A stretch of DNA of 52,597 nt from an uncultured Pseudomonadales bacterium (GTDB lineage: Bacteria > Patescibacteriota > Microgenomatia > UBA1400 > UBA12108). The DNA lies in the NCBI GenBank assembly GCA_964349305.1, contig CAYGFS010000003.1, positions 1-52,597 on the forward strand, read 5' to 3'. A program made the position numbers and the translations under genes. Positions 9,155 to 17,764 of this stretch are shown in pieces; the stretch's first letter is position 1, and each line of letters begins with the position of its first letter. Below the pieces are notes generated by a model. The model was not told the DNA's origin and did no database searches. It was given only the letters and a program-made list of their open reading frames with translations.

Positions 9155-9956
9155 AAAGAGGGTAAATACCAAGGGTGTTCTGCTCACTAAGCGGCGCAAG
9201 TTTCTTCTAGTATCGATTTTGCTGTCGTTTGGACTCCTGATCGTTCAGCGATTGCCGGTGGAGTCGCGGTACAGCGCAATTGCGTTTTTTGCCTTGGCGG
9301 CATACTTGCTGACGGCCTGGTCATTGCTCAAGGATTTGCATGGCAGCGGGTGGGTCGTAAACTTGATTTTGCCGACACTATACCCTGTGTCGGTGGCGCT
9401 GTTTTACTTTTTACTGCCGCAAGCTGCCATTACTCGGACGATAGTGCTACTTTTGTTTGCTGTCTCGATGTATGGCTTGCTCCTGACTGTGAATATTTTT
9501 GCAGTTGCCAGTATTCGTACCATCCAGCTTTTGCGGGCGGCGAGAGCGGTCGGATTTTTGCTGTCCATTTTGACTAGTGCTTTTTTGTTCCACGTCATTT
9601 TTTCGTTACGCTCGGCAGGATGGATCGTCGGCTTGTTGGTATTTGCCGTTTCTCTGCCTATTTTGTGGCAAGGAGTATGGTCGTATGTGGCCTCCACCAC
9701 AATCAAAAAAGAGTTTTACTACGCCTTGGTAGGCGCCCTGGTGCTAGCCGAGATGGCGATCGCGATGTCGTTCTGGCTGATCAGTGTGCCGCTGGCCAGC
9801 GTACTCTTGGCCATGGGGATGTATGTGACCCTCGGGCTTTTCCAGCATGATATGGAGGAGAGATTGTTTGCACGGACTATCCAGGAGTATTTGGGTTTTG
9901 CCGGGATCGTATTTGTGGTAGTCATTACGACGGTAATAGTTCGGTGGATGCGGTAG
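9138..9956 (+). CDS. polytopic membrane protein, unknown function
   Basis: The ORF track starts at 9123. The ATG at 9138 has AGGAGG 5 nt upstream. About 7-8 hydrophobic helices. Confidence 0.55.
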   Translation: MPIWDRKRVNTKGVLLTKRRKFLLVSILLSFGLLIVQRLPVESRYSAIAFFALAAYLLTAWSLLKDLHGSGWVVNLILPTLYPVSVALFYFLLPQAAITRTIVLLLFAVSMYGLLLTVNIFAVASIRTIQLLRAARAVGFLLSILTSAFLFHVIFSLRSAGWIVGLLVFAVSLPILWQGVWSYVASTTIKKEFYYALVGALVLAEMAIAMSFWLISVPLASVLLAMGMYVTLGLFQHDMEERLFARTIQEYLGFAGIVFVVVITTVIVRWMR

Positions 9957-10684
9957 TCGTAGGTGCAGAGTAGGGGAGTCCTATAGTTTTCTTAGTTATC
10001 CTATAATAATTAGAGGCTTTTCACGAATAGTCCTATAAGTTTTCACGAATGTGGATAAAAAGTATCCGATCCTTGCGCGAGAACGATGACATAATTTGAA
10101 CAGCTTTGATATAGTTTGCTCGTTTAGCATACTTAACCAGTGTGTGCCAGGGTTACTGCAAGGAAACACTAGGGGTAGACCTCTGGTAGAGGAGAGTTCT
10201 CTCCAGATCCGGATCTGGTAGCGCAAAGACGACGTGGGGAGTGGTGGAGAGTGCCGTGCATAAATAATTGTAGTGACAAATGATGTGAAGGGTGTGTTGC
10301 TGATCACAGTGGCATGAATTGGCGTGCACAGTTCACCTACAGCAATTGCCCTATTTTGAGCGATACCCAGACTGACAAGAGTAGATATCTAGCGTGTCGC
10401 ACAATATATCTTTTATGACGTAATACCTGAATTAAGTAGGGGGCTCGGATTATTTAGATTTTTATCTTTTATAAACTTTATTGCGCACTATTGCCGCTTA
10501 CGCACGAATTACTGTTTCTATTTGTCCCCCACTGGTCCAGGGGTCTCGTTTTTGCCCTTTCCGAATCAAACCCGTAAAAAATGAGCAATTGCCGCCGAGC
10601 CGTTGGTCATCTAACTCTGGAAAATGCCGTACAATCGATTCTACGGGCTCGTGATCTGGTAGCGTCGGTGTATAATGCCTGTAA

Positions 10685-10960
10685 ATGAACTCTAAAGAGC
10701 TGAGAGACAGGATTATTCAATTAAACGGGTATGATGGTTCCCCGAACGATCAAATCGCCCATGGATTGGCGAATTACATTTTTACGATACTGTCGCAGTC
10801 AGGAGATCATCCAAGACATATATTGGATATTTATGGCAGCAAGCTAGAGTGCGAAGACCTAGACGAATTGGTGGCGGCAGCAGCGTCGCTGCGTGAAGAA
10901 CTGAAATCAGAACTAAGTCCTGCAGATTGGAAAGAATATTTTAGCGGTAGAGCTGGTTGA
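10685..10960 (+). CDS. orphan hypothetical protein (91 aa)
   Basis: This is the only sizeable ORF in the 1.2-kb gap. TATAAT at 10671..10676 lies 8 nt before the ATG. The protein is acidic and helical-looking, and no family was recognised. Confidence 0.3.
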   Translation: MNSKELRDRIIQLNGYDGSPNDQIAHGLANYIFTILSQSGDHPRHILDIYGSKLECEDLDELVAAAASLREELKSELSPADWKEYFSGRAG

Positions 10961-11174
10961 CAGCGACGATTTAATGTCGCACAATGTGAGTAGACACTGT
11001 AGTTGAACTCCCCTGCCCCTAAGGAGTCAAAGACATCAAAACTATAGGATAGCTTAATTTACCACTATGGGGTGGGTAGTCGCACGACTATCGTGTGCGG
11101 TGGGTATGTATGTGCAAAATAGATGGATATATCCTTCCCAATTTTAATTCGCGTTACTTGGCAGTCGAAACTAT

Positions 11175-12137
11175 ATGAGTGCTAAGGGTAGTACGCCTAC
11201 ACTCCAGGCCTGCATTGAAGAGTACCTCGAGTATCTCACAATCGAGCGACAGGTCTCCCCTTTTACAATTCGCAATTACCGATTTTACCTTTTAAAGTTT
11301 GCGGCTTGGCTAGCAAAATATTATCCAGGGTTGGAGATGACCGAGGTGACCTCTAAGATGCTTAAAACCTATCGTGTCTATCTCGCACAGACGAAGGACA
11401 ACAAGGGTCAATTCTTGGCTCCCGTCACTCAGGGGTATTACGTGATTGCGCTGCGCTCCATGCTCCGCTACCTCATCCGCCAAGACTATGAAGTGGTGTC
11501 TCCCGAAAAGTTGGAGCTGCCTAAAGGAAAAGAGCATTCTCTCAAGTTTCTCGACTACAATCATATCGAGGCTATGATAGAAAAGGTGGATATATCCACC
11601 TTGCAAGGACTGCGTGACCGAGTGTTGATGGAGACATTGTTCTCGACCGGACTGCGGGTGTCGGAGCTGGTTTCTTTGAATAAAACGACGATCAACTTGG
11701 AATCGCGCGAGTTTGGGGTAACGGGCAAGGGGCGTAAGATCCGCGTAGTCTTCCTCTCCGACCGAGCGGCGCAGTGGATAGAGCGATATTTGCGCGAGCG
11801 GGATGATCATTACCACCCTGTCTTTATCCGCCACTCAGGTGCCAAGCCGCAGATCGATGACCCCAAAGCGGGAGAGAAGCTACGGCTCAATGTGCGCAGC
11901 GTGCAGCGGATTATCGGTAAGTACGGAAGACTTGCCCACCTGCCATATACCATTACCCCGCACGTGATGCGCCATAGTTTTGCGACTGACTTGATTAGCC
12001 ACGGGGCAGGACTGCGTGAGGTACAAGAAATGCTGGGACACAAAAATATTGCGACGACCCAAATCTATACTCACGTGACCAACCCACAGCTCAAGAGCGT
12101 ACACGAAAAGTATCACTCGGTGGGAGAGGTAGAGTAG
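11175..12137 (+). CDS. tyrosine recombinase, XerC/XerD-like
   Basis: 320 aa. N-terminal SAM-like domain (YLEYLTIERQVSPFTIRNY). Catalytic residues appear in GLRVSEL, HVMRHSFAT and LGHKNIATTQIYTHV. Confidence 0.9.
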   Translation: MSAKGSTPTLQACIEEYLEYLTIERQVSPFTIRNYRFYLLKFAAWLAKYYPGLEMTEVTSKMLKTYRVYLAQTKDNKGQFLAPVTQGYYVIALRSMLRYLIRQDYEVVSPEKLELPKGKEHSLKFLDYNHIEAMIEKVDISTLQGLRDRVLMETLFSTGLRVSELVSLNKTTINLESREFGVTGKGRKIRVVFLSDRAAQWIERYLRERDDHYHPVFIRHSGAKPQIDDPKAGEKLRLNVRSVQRIIGKYGRLAHLPYTITPHVMRHSFATDLISHGAGLREVQEMLGHKNIATTQIYTHVTNPQLKSVHEKYHSVGEVE

Positions 12138-13072
12138 AGCGCGCCCCTAGTATTGCCGAGCTTTTTGATGTGGCCATTTTTTTGTAGACTGAGGAGATCG
12201 TAGCGCAGTGTACTGGGTGGAATAGCCATGAAGCGGCGGTGGAGGAAGTCAAAACTACAAGGACTATGATCGGTAATAATATTGAGGATTTCTTGGCGGC
12301 GCGGCAGGAGGTGTGGTGTAGTAACCGCATCTGGCGTGCTGGTGATTTTGTCTAAGACATGGGAGGCAGCTTCGGTCATGATAGTCAGGAAATATTCAAC
12401 AAAGGGTGTGAGGTCTTTACCTTCATTTTGGAGATGGAAGTAATACTGGTTTCGTGTAGCGTCGAGCTGTTCTTCCAGTACAAGCAAGCCGGAAAAATCA
12501 AAGCCAGTGCTGCGGAGCTGTTGCGAGAGGATGAGTCGACCTACCCGACCATTGCCGTCGAGGAAAGGATGAATTTTTTCAAATTGATAGTGGGAAATAA
12601 TCGCCTGGACGACTGAATGTTGTTTGGACTTCATAATTTGCTGTTGCCAGGTAGTCAGGAGTGGTCGTATTTCTTGTGGGGGCGGCGTGATGTAGACGGG
12701 AACGCCGGCTGAATTGAAGATGGCGGATTGTTCGGTGCGAAATTGACCTGCATCACCACCGAGGTTGTGGTGGGACGAGCTATGAAGTAATTTGATGAAG
12801 TCTAGGTTAATCTCCACGCTGTCCTGTTGATGATAGAGCCAGATATAGGTTTTGACTAGATTTTGGATAGCTAGCTTGTTGGATCCTTTATCACCTGCGA
12901 TCCCTTCGATGCTCGCTGAAAAGCGCGCACTCCCCAGGAGGGAATGACGGCGAAGACTGAGACTAAGTTCTGGTTTTACGGGGATGAGATCAAACGCGGT
13001 CCTTTGTCCCTCGAGAGTGTTAAGTAGTGATTGGATTTTGGGGTTGATGAGACAGACCTGATTAAGCTTCAT
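12113..13072 (-). CDS. fic: Fic-family protein (AMPylase type) with N-terminal inhibitory motif
   Basis: Canonical Fic motif HPFLDGNGRVGR. A Fic_N SxxxEG motif (SASIEGI) is present. The C-terminus looks like a winged helix. Confidence 0.9.
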   Translation of the reverse strand: MKLNQVCLINPKIQSLLNTLEGQRTAFDLIPVKPELSLSLRRHSLLGSARFSASIEGIAGDKGSNKLAIQNLVKTYIWLYHQQDSVEINLDFIKLLHSSSHHNLGGDAGQFRTEQSAIFNSAGVPVYITPPPQEIRPLLTTWQQQIMKSKQHSVVQAIISHYQFEKIHPFLDGNGRVGRLILSQQLRSTGFDFSGLLVLEEQLDATRNQYYFHLQNEGKDLTPFVEYFLTIMTEAASHVLDKITSTPDAVTTPHLLPRRQEILNIITDHSPCSFDFLHRRFMAIPPSTLRYDLLSLQKNGHIKKLGNTRGALYSTSPTE

Positions 13073-13080
13073 GGATTGAT

Positions 13081-13130
13081 GTTAGCAGATATTGGTAGAT
13101 GTTGGCAAATGTTAGCAGATACTAGTAGAT
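13081..13130. repeat. two 20-nt direct repeats (18/20 identical, 30-nt period) in the fic/hydrolase divergent promoter region
   Basis: GTTAGCAGATATTGGTAGAT at 13081..13100 and GTTAGCAGATACTAGTAGAT at 13111..13130. Confidence 0.6.
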
Positions 13131-13151
13131 ATAAATCTGTATAATCATGTC

Positions 13152-13901
13152 ATGACACAAGTGGCGGTGGGAACCCAGATATGGAATTACCAGGAAATCG
13201 GGGGTGGGAGCGGGCGACCGCATGGGTCTCCACTACTAGTTTTGCATGGCTGGGGACGAAATGGAAACGAATGGATCCAGATGGCTAAAGACCTGTCGGG
13301 GTGGTGTGGACGCAAGGCTTATGTCCTAGATCTCCCTGGATTTGGCGGGTCGAGTCTGCCACGAGTCACCACGATACGTGAGTACAGTGAGTTGGTCGAG
13401 CAGTTTTGTCAGTATATGAAGATAGATAAAGCGGTAGTGGTGGGACACTCGCTCGGCGGTCGTGTAGGAATACTAATGGCAGCTAAAGGTAACTCTCGAG
13501 TGGAGAAACTAGTTCTTATCGATCCGGCGGGAGTGAAACCAAAATCCATAAAGAGAGTAGTACTCAAAAACGTGGCCAAACTGTTTGGGTGGGTGCCAAG
13601 TGGATGGCGGCAGAAAATGCTAGGTAGGGTAATGGATGAAGATTACCGCAATTCTCCTGCCCTGCGCAGCTTATACCGAGTCGTGGTCGGTGAGGATTTG
13701 CGTAAATACCTCCCCAAGATTGCTTGTCCGACTCTGGTGGTATGGGGTGAATATGACCAGATCCTCCCCCTTTCGTTGACTAAAGTGTACCGAGACAAAC
13801 TCATAAATGTCACTGTGCGGGTGGTGTGGGGAGCCGGACATGATCCCCATCTGACGCATTATGATCAGACCTTAGCAATATTGCAGGAGGCGAGCGAATG
13901 A
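13152..13901 (+). CDS. alpha/beta-fold hydrolase
   Basis: HGWG oxyanion motif, GHSLGG nucleophile elbow, and a C-terminal GAGHDPH. Confidence 0.85.
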   Translation: MTQVAVGTQIWNYQEIGGGSGRPHGSPLLVLHGWGRNGNEWIQMAKDLSGWCGRKAYVLDLPGFGGSSLPRVTTIREYSELVEQFCQYMKIDKAVVVGHSLGGRVGILMAAKGNSRVEKLVLIDPAGVKPKSIKRVVLKNVAKLFGWVPSGWRQKMLGRVMDEDYRNSPALRSLYRVVVGEDLRKYLPKIACPTLVVWGEYDQILPLSLTKVYRDKLINVTVRVVWGAGHDPHLTHYDQTLAILQEASE

Positions 13902-15067
13902 ACAGATTATCTAGTTTAGCAGTTTTGCAGTTAGAGCAGTATGACACGAAGCGATTTTTGGCGAGCAGCAAAAAAGTAGATGTAGATATAGTCAAACGAA
14001 TTAAGTGGACTGGGAGGCTGAAATTGACAAAGGCTTTGTCATACGGACTGGGAGTGGCCGGGGCAAATCGAGTAATTGGGGTGGGAACGAAGATGGCTGA
14101 GCGTGCGGTGTGGCGGTGGAGTCAGACGAGAATCAAACACTTACAGCGAGGCGGACTCAAGGTAGTAGGAATTGTCGGATCGTATGGTAAAACCTCGGTC
14201 AAGCACGCGGCGTACGAACTGCTCCGTCATGAGTACCGAGTGGTGGCCACGCCAGAGAGCTTTAATACCGTGCTGGGGATTGCAAAGTGTTTGAAATATG
14301 AAGTCGACGAGCAGACCCAAGTATTCTTGGTGGAAGTGGGGGCTTATCACGTGGGCGATATTACCGATCTACTCTACATGGTGAGTCCGCAGATTGGCGT
14401 GCTCACAGGGATCGCTAGACAGCATCTAGAGCGGTTTGGGAGCTACGCCAATATTGTCACCGCCAAACTGGAGATTGCCAAATATATGGAGGCGATGGGA
14501 GGAGTCTTCATCGCCAACGAGAGCGATAAAGCGGTCAAAGAAAATGTGGAAAAGTTGAGGATTATTCCCCTTTGGTATGGAGGGAAGTCACGCAGCGAGA
14601 TCAATTTGGAGGGCGGGCGAGCCATTGCTCAGGAAATAGGATTAACCGACTTTAGCGCGATCGTACGACCTACCAAGAATCGTTTTGAGATGACCACTGC
14701 GCGCTACGGAATGAAAGTGATTGACGATAGCTTTAGCAGCAATGACGTGGGGTTTGAAAGTGCACTAGAATACCTGAGTCAGCAAACTAAATATACCAGG
14801 GTTCTGGTGACCCCAGGACTAGTAGAGCTAGGTGACGAAAGCGATGAAATCCATAGAGCATTAGGGAAAATGATACCTGGTAAAGCAGATTATGTAATCT
14901 TGGTGGGTAAAAATGATCGTACGAAGAATCTAGAGACGGGAATGGGTGGCAAAATTCCGGTAATATATATCCAGAAAACGTTGGAGTTTATGCAGGTGGT
15001 GAAGGACTTAAAACTAAAGAAAGAACCACTAGTGTTGCTCGAGAACGATGTGACAGAAAATTATTAA
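13898..15067 (+). CDS. murF: Mur ligase family protein, MurF-like
   Basis: P-loop GIVGSYGKTSVK, with central and C-terminal Mur-ligase domains. It is short (389 aa). Its ATGA overlaps the hydrolase stop, and it lies next to ddl. Confidence 0.7.
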   Translation: MNRLSSLAVLQLEQYDTKRFLASSKKVDVDIVKRIKWTGRLKLTKALSYGLGVAGANRVIGVGTKMAERAVWRWSQTRIKHLQRGGLKVVGIVGSYGKTSVKHAAYELLRHEYRVVATPESFNTVLGIAKCLKYEVDEQTQVFLVEVGAYHVGDITDLLYMVSPQIGVLTGIARQHLERFGSYANIVTAKLEIAKYMEAMGGVFIANESDKAVKENVEKLRIIPLWYGGKSRSEINLEGGRAIAQEIGLTDFSAIVRPTKNRFEMTTARYGMKVIDDSFSSNDVGFESALEYLSQQTKYTRVLVTPGLVELGDESDEIHRALGKMIPGKADYVILVGKNDRTKNLETGMGGKIPVIYIQKTLEFMQVVKDLKLKKEPLVLLENDVTENY

Positions 15068-16260
15068 GATAATTTTGATCCTAATTTGCCACCGGCAGAA
15101 ATATTCTCGAGGATGGGTGAGGCAAAGTCGGTTTGCAACTTTTTGACTTCGTCGTGTTTCATGAGCGCGAGCTGGATGAGATGATCGAGGAGTTTGGGAT
15201 AGGTGTATCCGGATTTGTTCCAAAGATAAAAACTAAGCAGGCCGGGAATAGTGTTGATTTCAATGCAGTAGACCTCTTTGCCTTTGACGAGAAAATCGAG
15301 ACGGACCAGTCCAGAGCAATCAAAGAGATTAAAGATCAACTTTCCCACTTCTTGGATTTTGTCGCTGAGAGCTTTGTCGATTTTAGCGGGAACCACTTTG
15401 CCGGCGCTGGCCATACCTTCACTTTTGCTGCTTGCCAGACCCGTCTTGCCGCGAGGCAGGTACTTAACTGTAAAGTCCAAAAACTCAGATCCTTCGTGGA
15501 ACACTTCCTCACAAACCGAGACTTCCAGGTCGTGGCCAGCATTGCCCATGACAGAGATATTGATTTCGCGGGCTCCAGTGATCCCCTCTTCGACCACAAT
15601 CCTAGTATCCATGGCGGCAGCGAGGTCGATGGCGCGAATGAGCTCAACCTTGTTCTTGGCACATGTTGTGCCGATAGAAGATCCGCCCCGACTGGGTTTG
15701 ACGAAAATGGGGTATTTGAGCCGAGATGTGATTGATTTGACAAAGGTGGCTTGCTTGCTATACCAATCATGACGATAAAACCAGATATAGGGAGCTTGCT
15801 TGATATCGGCACCGTCAAAAACATTTTTCATGGCGATTTTGTCCATGCCCAAGGCCGCACCAGTTAGACCTGTCCCTACTAATGGGAGTCCGTAATACTC
15901 GGCCACCCCCTGGATCCAACCTCCCTCCCCTACCCCGCCGTGGAAACACGGGAAGATCACATCGAAAGGCCTCTCTGATTTTTTGAAGAGTGAAGCCTTG
16001 ACTGGGACTAGGGATGGATTGTTTGGCGAGCTGGGGAGGGCGACAGTTTCCGCCATTTTTTCCAGCAGGGGCATATTTTGATATGATGAGATAGATTTGA
16101 GGTGATCGCCAGTGAGGATCTCGCCCAACTTGGTGACGTAGAGTGGGATACACTCATACTGAGGCGGCACCTGGGCCATGGCCTGGACCGCGGTGATGAC
16201 CGAGACCTCGTGCTCAGGGCTCTTGCCCCCAAAGATCACTGCAACTTTGAGTTTGGACAT
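15064..16260 (-). CDS. ddl: D-alanine--D-alanine ligase
   Basis: The ORF track extends to 16392. I use the ATG at 16260 (MSKLKVAVIFGGKSPEHEVS), which has TACAAT 6 nt upstream and does not overlap the next gene. ATP-grasp motifs are present, including CIEINTIPG. Confidence 0.9.
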   Translation of the reverse strand: MSKLKVAVIFGGKSPEHEVSVITAVQAMAQVPPQYECIPLYVTKLGEILTGDHLKSISSYQNMPLLEKMAETVALPSSPNNPSLVPVKASLFKKSERPFDVIFPCFHGGVGEGGWIQGVAEYYGLPLVGTGLTGAALGMDKIAMKNVFDGADIKQAPYIWFYRHDWYSKQATFVKSITSRLKYPIFVKPSRGGSSIGTTCAKNKVELIRAIDLAAAMDTRIVVEEGITGAREINISVMGNAGHDLEVSVCEEVFHEGSEFLDFTVKYLPRGKTGLASSKSEGMASAGKVVPAKIDKALSDKIQEVGKLIFNLFDCSGLVRLDFLVKGKEVYCIEINTIPGLLSFYLWNKSGYTYPKLLDHLIQLALMKHDEVKKLQTDFASPILENISAGGKLGSKLS

Positions 16261-16279
16261 AGGGGTATTGTAGCAGTAG

Positions 16280-17500
16280 CTAGGGGTTGTAGGTAAGTCG
16301 ATAGACGGCACCGGCTTGGTCGTCAGAAATGAGGAGGGATCCGTCAGGGAGCTCGGCGACATCAACCGGGCGACCCCAAGAGTCTTTGCCATCCAGCCAA
16401 CCCTCGACTAGAGGAACGTAGTTGGAAGCTGAGCCGCCGGCAATATCTATGGTGGAGAGACGGTAGCCGATAGGCGTGGTGCGATTCCAGGACCCGTGTT
16501 CGGCGAGGATGACTTTGTTTTTATACTCTCGCGGGAACATGTCGCCCCGATAAAACTTCATGCCGAGGGCGGCCACGTGAGGCCCTAGTTCGATGGCTGG
16601 CCTAGTGTGGGTGTTGCAGGAGTCAGGTTTGCCTAGCTGGGGATCGACCACGCTAAACCCGTGGCAATAGGGAAAGCCAAAAAACAGACCGTTGCTTGGG
16701 GCGTGATTGAGCTCGTCTTTGGGGATATCATCTCCCAGGCTATCACGCCCGTTGTCGGTGAACCAGAGACTGTTGTCCCGCGGATTCCAGTCAAAGCCGA
16801 CCGTATTACGGATACCTGTGGCATAGGTTTCCATTTGTTTAGTCTCAATGTTGAGTCGATTGAGGCGGGCGTAGCGGCCGGTATCGACACAATTGTTACA
16901 GGGTGCGCCAATGGGGATATAGAGTAAACCGTCGGGGCCAAAAGCCAGATATTTCCAGCCGTGATGAGTGTCTTTGGGGAGGGTATCGAAGACGACTTCT
17001 GGCTGTGGATTTGAGGTGTAGGTTTGGTCGATGTTTTGGTAGCGGAGGATACGAGAGATTTCGGCCACATAGAGATCTCCGTCTTTGATGGCGACACCAT
17101 TGGGAGTGTTTAAATTAGTGACGATTTTGACGACTGACTCGGACTCGCCGTTTTGGTCGGAGTCGGTCACAGCATAGACCGTCTTGTCCCTGGTACCCAC
17201 ATAAATTACTTTCCCCTCCCCTCCTATCGCTAATGAGCGGGCACCGGGTACGTTTTTGGCAAAATACGCAATGGAAAAACCTGGCGGCAGCTGTAGCTTG
17301 GCTAGTTCTCCCTCGGCTGGTTTACTCGGCCGGACGAGTTTAGTAAGGGCTGGATCGGTGGGTTCCTCAGAGGATGAGTAGTTTTTGAGTGATTGCAGCA
17401 AGTAGCGATTGTTGACTAGCCACGCACCAGCGAAAACGAAAGTGATGATGAGCACGAGGCGGAAAACGCTTTTCATCATGACTTTACTATATACCATCAC
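16280..17500 (-). CDS. PQQ-dependent sugar (glucose/sorbosone) dehydrogenase-like beta-propeller, membrane anchored
   Basis: 406 aa with an N-terminal TM segment. Segments such as GFSIAYFAKNVPGARSLA, LYVAE, GLLYIPIGAP, RNTVGFDW and GFPYCHG are typical of the family. Confidence 0.7.
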   Translation of the reverse strand: MMVYSKVMMKSVFRLVLIITFVFAGAWLVNNRYLLQSLKNYSSSEEPTDPALTKLVRPSKPAEGELAKLQLPPGFSIAYFAKNVPGARSLAIGGEGKVIYVGTRDKTVYAVTDSDQNGESESVVKIVTNLNTPNGVAIKDGDLYVAEISRILRYQNIDQTYTSNPQPEVVFDTLPKDTHHGWKYLAFGPDGLLYIPIGAPCNNCVDTGRYARLNRLNIETKQMETYATGIRNTVGFDWNPRDNSLWFTDNGRDSLGDDIPKDELNHAPSNGLFFGFPYCHGFSVVDPQLGKPDSCNTHTRPAIELGPHVAALGMKFYRGDMFPREYKNKVILAEHGSWNRTTPIGYRLSTIDIAGGSASNYVPLVEGWLDGKDSWGRPVDVAELPDGSLLISDDQAGAVYRLTYNP

Positions 17501-17756
17501 GGACTGAGTTGTTTGGCGTAGCCTGATTCATCCTGTACTCGGTTAAGATGATGAGAAACAGATAGATTCCAAACCTGGCACAAACACGAAGTGTCAGAGG
17601 ACCATCCAGAGATAGCAATATTCCAGTAGAGATGGATAAAAGAGAGAAACCGCGAAACCAAATTTTAACCTTAGAATTGGGCAGATTCCAGACAGAAATT
17701 CCAGTGAAAAATGTGAGGATGGCTAGGGTGATGTGCGACAAAAGTAGTGTGGACAT
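17487..17756 (-). CDS. small membrane protein (3 TM)
   Basis: 89-aa hydrophobic ORF that overlaps the downstream gene by 14 nt. Confidence 0.45.
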   Translation of the reverse strand: MSTLLLSHITLAILTFFTGISVWNLPNSKVKIWFRGFSLLSISTGILLSLDGPLTLRVCARFGIYLFLIILTEYRMNQATPNNSVRDGI

Positions 17757-17764
17757 ACCGTTAT

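Noticed and set aside
9996-10307. 103-aa ORF on the minus strand in the large non-coding gap
   Set aside because: Its composition (rich in S, T, R, P and L, with no hydrophobic periodicity) does not look protein-like. It has no RBS or -10 context, and it spans the palindromes and repeats. I treat it as a chance ORF.
9957-10684. Possibility that the gap encodes RNase P RNA, tmRNA, SRP RNA or another housekeeping RNA
   Set aside because: On neither strand could I find GAGGAAAGUCC/ACAGAA (RNase P), a tRNA-like 3' end with a T-loop and CCA plus a tag ORF ending in ..AA-stop (tmRNA), or GGAAGCAGCC (SRP). A novel structured RNA cannot be excluded without covariation analysis.
11175-12137. Integron integrase or prophage integrase interpretation of the tyrosine recombinase
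   Set aside because: There is no IntI-specific extra domain (ALER/KYPxA-type segment), no attC-like cassette array, and no phage structural or regulatory genes nearby. The tRNA-Leu lies 8.5 kb away. The architecture is Xer-like (SAM-like N-domain).
15133-15735. Long antisense 'shadow' ORFs inside well-supported genes
   Set aside because: Examples are 15133-15735 and 15278-15772 in ddl, 18827-19375 in gyrA, 5241-5771 opposite the rluA-family gene, 11310-11834 in the recombinase gene, 33168-33635 in a pilin gene and 47659-48162 in PBP1A. They overlap genes that have clear family motifs. Their sequences are low-complexity or compositionally odd, so they are frame artefacts of the coding strand.
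16261-16392. 44-aa N-terminal extension of ddl
   Set aside because: It would overlap the upstream dehydrogenase gene by more than 100 nt. The conserved Ddl N-terminus (KLKVAVIFGGKSPEHEVS) begins at the ATG at 16260, which has a -10 box 6 nt upstream.
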